Assembly (NCBI RefSeq): GCF_964194025.1
Contig: NC_134476.1
Span: forward strand, 52,204,001-52,268,000
DNA length: 64,000 nucleotides
Source: Convolutriloba macropyga
Taxonomy: Eukaryota
Reading direction: 5' to 3'
Positions 62,001-64,000 of this stretch are shown in pieces. The notes beneath the pieces are model-generated. The model saw only the letters and a program-made list of their open reading frames with translations, had not been told where the DNA came from and searched no databases. The position numbers and the translations under genes are program-made. The first letter of the stretch is position 1; every line of letters begins with the position of its first letter.

Positions 62001-64000
62001 TTGTTATACTTTTTGTAGCCCAACGTCTTAGTGTTCCCAATAAAAGATGCAGTTACATTTTTAGAAGGTATAGATGAACCTAGACAATTTTTTCAGTTGT
62101 TATCTGATGTCTCTTATGACTTTGAATATATTTGTTTTAAGAAAAGATCGGTGAAATTTTGAACTTTGCCTCTATGTTATCTTATTTCCCTGAACGTCCG
62201 GCGCAGCCTCAGTAAAAACAGGCAAAAACCAATTCCGTGAGAGTAATACTTTATTTTTTGAAACGGTCTTATATCAAATTATGTTTTCCTTGTTTTGATA
62301 CTACGCGTTTTCAAATAATTTTTTTTTTCATTTTCATTTTTGAGAGTAATTGCATTTCTTATGAGTCCATTTCGTTTCCTTCTCGAACTATCACATTGTT
62401 GTCAAATCTAATTGAAAGAAAGCAAAGTAGTAAATTTTAACAGCGTTGTAAAAATGCGTATCTGTATGTTTTAATTGTTTTTGTTGAATAGTTTATGCTT
62501 TTTGGGCTGAGACCAAGTTATCTCAAAAAATTGTGTTGATTTTTTGTTGTTTTTCCTATGTTTGTCTTTCCTTTTGTTGTTGTTCGTCATATACCTGATA
62601 ACGATTTGTTTCAATTGCTTTCCCAGGGTGTATGACTCCACCTAGGTAAAGATTTCAGTTTATAGCTGTTTGGTTTAATGAATTTCAAACTAAATTTTTT
62701 AAAACAGTTTCTATCAACTGTCTCCTTTGTTTTCAATTTGGTCACAATAAAACTCAATTTCTTGATGATTCCTCCACTTTTATTGCGCTTTGTTATACGT
62801 TGTGACTGATTAGTTCGACCATTTATTTTCAAACAAAAGTTTTCGAGGTTTATATACTGTTCAATTTTCGGGTTTCTTTTTGTTGTCGTGTCTACATTGT
62901 CGTTTTATAAGGAAGGCTTGTTGATGTTAGGATGAGGAGAAAAAAATGGTTTACAGTTCTTGCAGGTAACATCTTATAAGTATAGTGCCTTGAATAGTGT
63001 GATGTTGTAAAATTGATTGAAGTTTTGGCTTCCTTGTGTGGTTGCTATAAATTTGTTATTTTGTTGGGACGTGTCGTGGTCTTAATATTAATAGGCCCAT
63101 TTGGCTTCCTGAGGTGTTGCAACTTAAACCATTGCTTTTTGTTGAAATCTTAAACCTGTTATGACTTTTGGAAAAACTTGTTTCCAAAACAAATTTGGCT
63201 TTTTGAGCTTTGTCATTTTTTAAAATATATTTTCGGTCAAACTGTAGTTCAGTCTTTGTAAACACACTCAACAACCCGTTTGCAGTGAGCTATAAATTAA
63301 CCCTTGAAACAGTTTTAGCTTCAAACTTTTGTTTCTCGCCTTTTTTACTACTTTTACTACGAGACTTCATAAATATTTGAGACTTTTATATATTTGCACA
63401 TTTTAGAGGATTTTTGTTTTCTTTTTGGTTTATAACAATAATCGTAAGTCCCATTGTCTTTAAGTTTTTGTGCAATTGAAAATTGAATTCTGTTATGTCT
63501 CAATTGCTTCCTACGGCGATATAAAGGAAAATCTCAGTGATTTCAGGTGATATCTAATGACATTAATAAATGTGTAAAGTTAATTGTTTTCAATAATAGA
63601 AATTTTGAATGAAACGAATTTTTTAACTTTGCACCTCTTTGCTATTTTTTCACTTTTTTGTTGACCTGTTAACCAGTAGCAATGAGACCTGGTTCCGTAT
63701 TTTTTCTAATGAAGCATACGTTAAACTGTTTTGTTTAGATTTTATCTGACGCGAGTTTGATTTTGTTATGATTTTTTTTATTGTAGACATCGAGTTGTGG
63801 TCGTACACAATGTTTGATTTTTGATTTTTCTAATGGTCCTTTTTAGTAGTTCTATTATCAAAAACTGTCGTCGGCCCTCTAGCTTGGCATTATTATATTC
63901 CATTGGTTGTTTATTGAACGATATCTATGTTTTTGATCTCTTCATAATTTGGGTAGCCAATTAAGTTAAGAATGTGGATTAGCGGGGTCGGAACATTATG

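Noticed and set aside
62580-63300. Minus-strand ORF fragments suggestive of a retroelement remnant
   Set aside because: No diagnostic RT or endonuclease motif could be read.

Overview
AT-rich eukaryotic genomic DNA, most likely from an invertebrate animal (species not identifiable from the sequence), dominated by nested and decayed transposable elements. Two host genes are supported. (1) PRPF6 (U5 snRNP 102-kDa splicing factor) on +, two coding exons (24088-24264 and 41821-44421, 925 aa joined) separated by one 17.6-kb TE-filled GT-AG intron. (2) A secreted Frizzled-type cysteine-rich-domain (CRD) ORF on - (52938-53459) that keeps only 6 of the 10 canonical cysteines, with the four lost ones forming exactly two disulfide pairs. 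Bases 1-23,000 are a nested TE stack: a BEL/Pao LTR element; an old non-LTR element split by a BEL solo LTR (CATAA TSD), which is itself split by a 5.6-kb non-autonomous Helitron (TC...CTAA, A|T insertion, no TSD) carrying a ~4-kb purine-rich tract; a foldback MITE; and two diverged CR1/L2-like LINEs that both place a separate SGNH-esterase ORF upstream of a PHD-finger ORF1. The PRPF6 intron holds a 3.2-kb tandem duplication, an RNase H-bearing LINE with a twin-priming-type 5' inversion and 12-bp TSD, a decayed CRE-like element and nested Helentron-associated (HINE/DINE-1-like) elements. Bases 54,000-64,000 are mostly uninterpretable AT-rich DNA with a minisatellite and a tRNA-derived element. 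All family assignments come from manual motif recognition; no database search was run.
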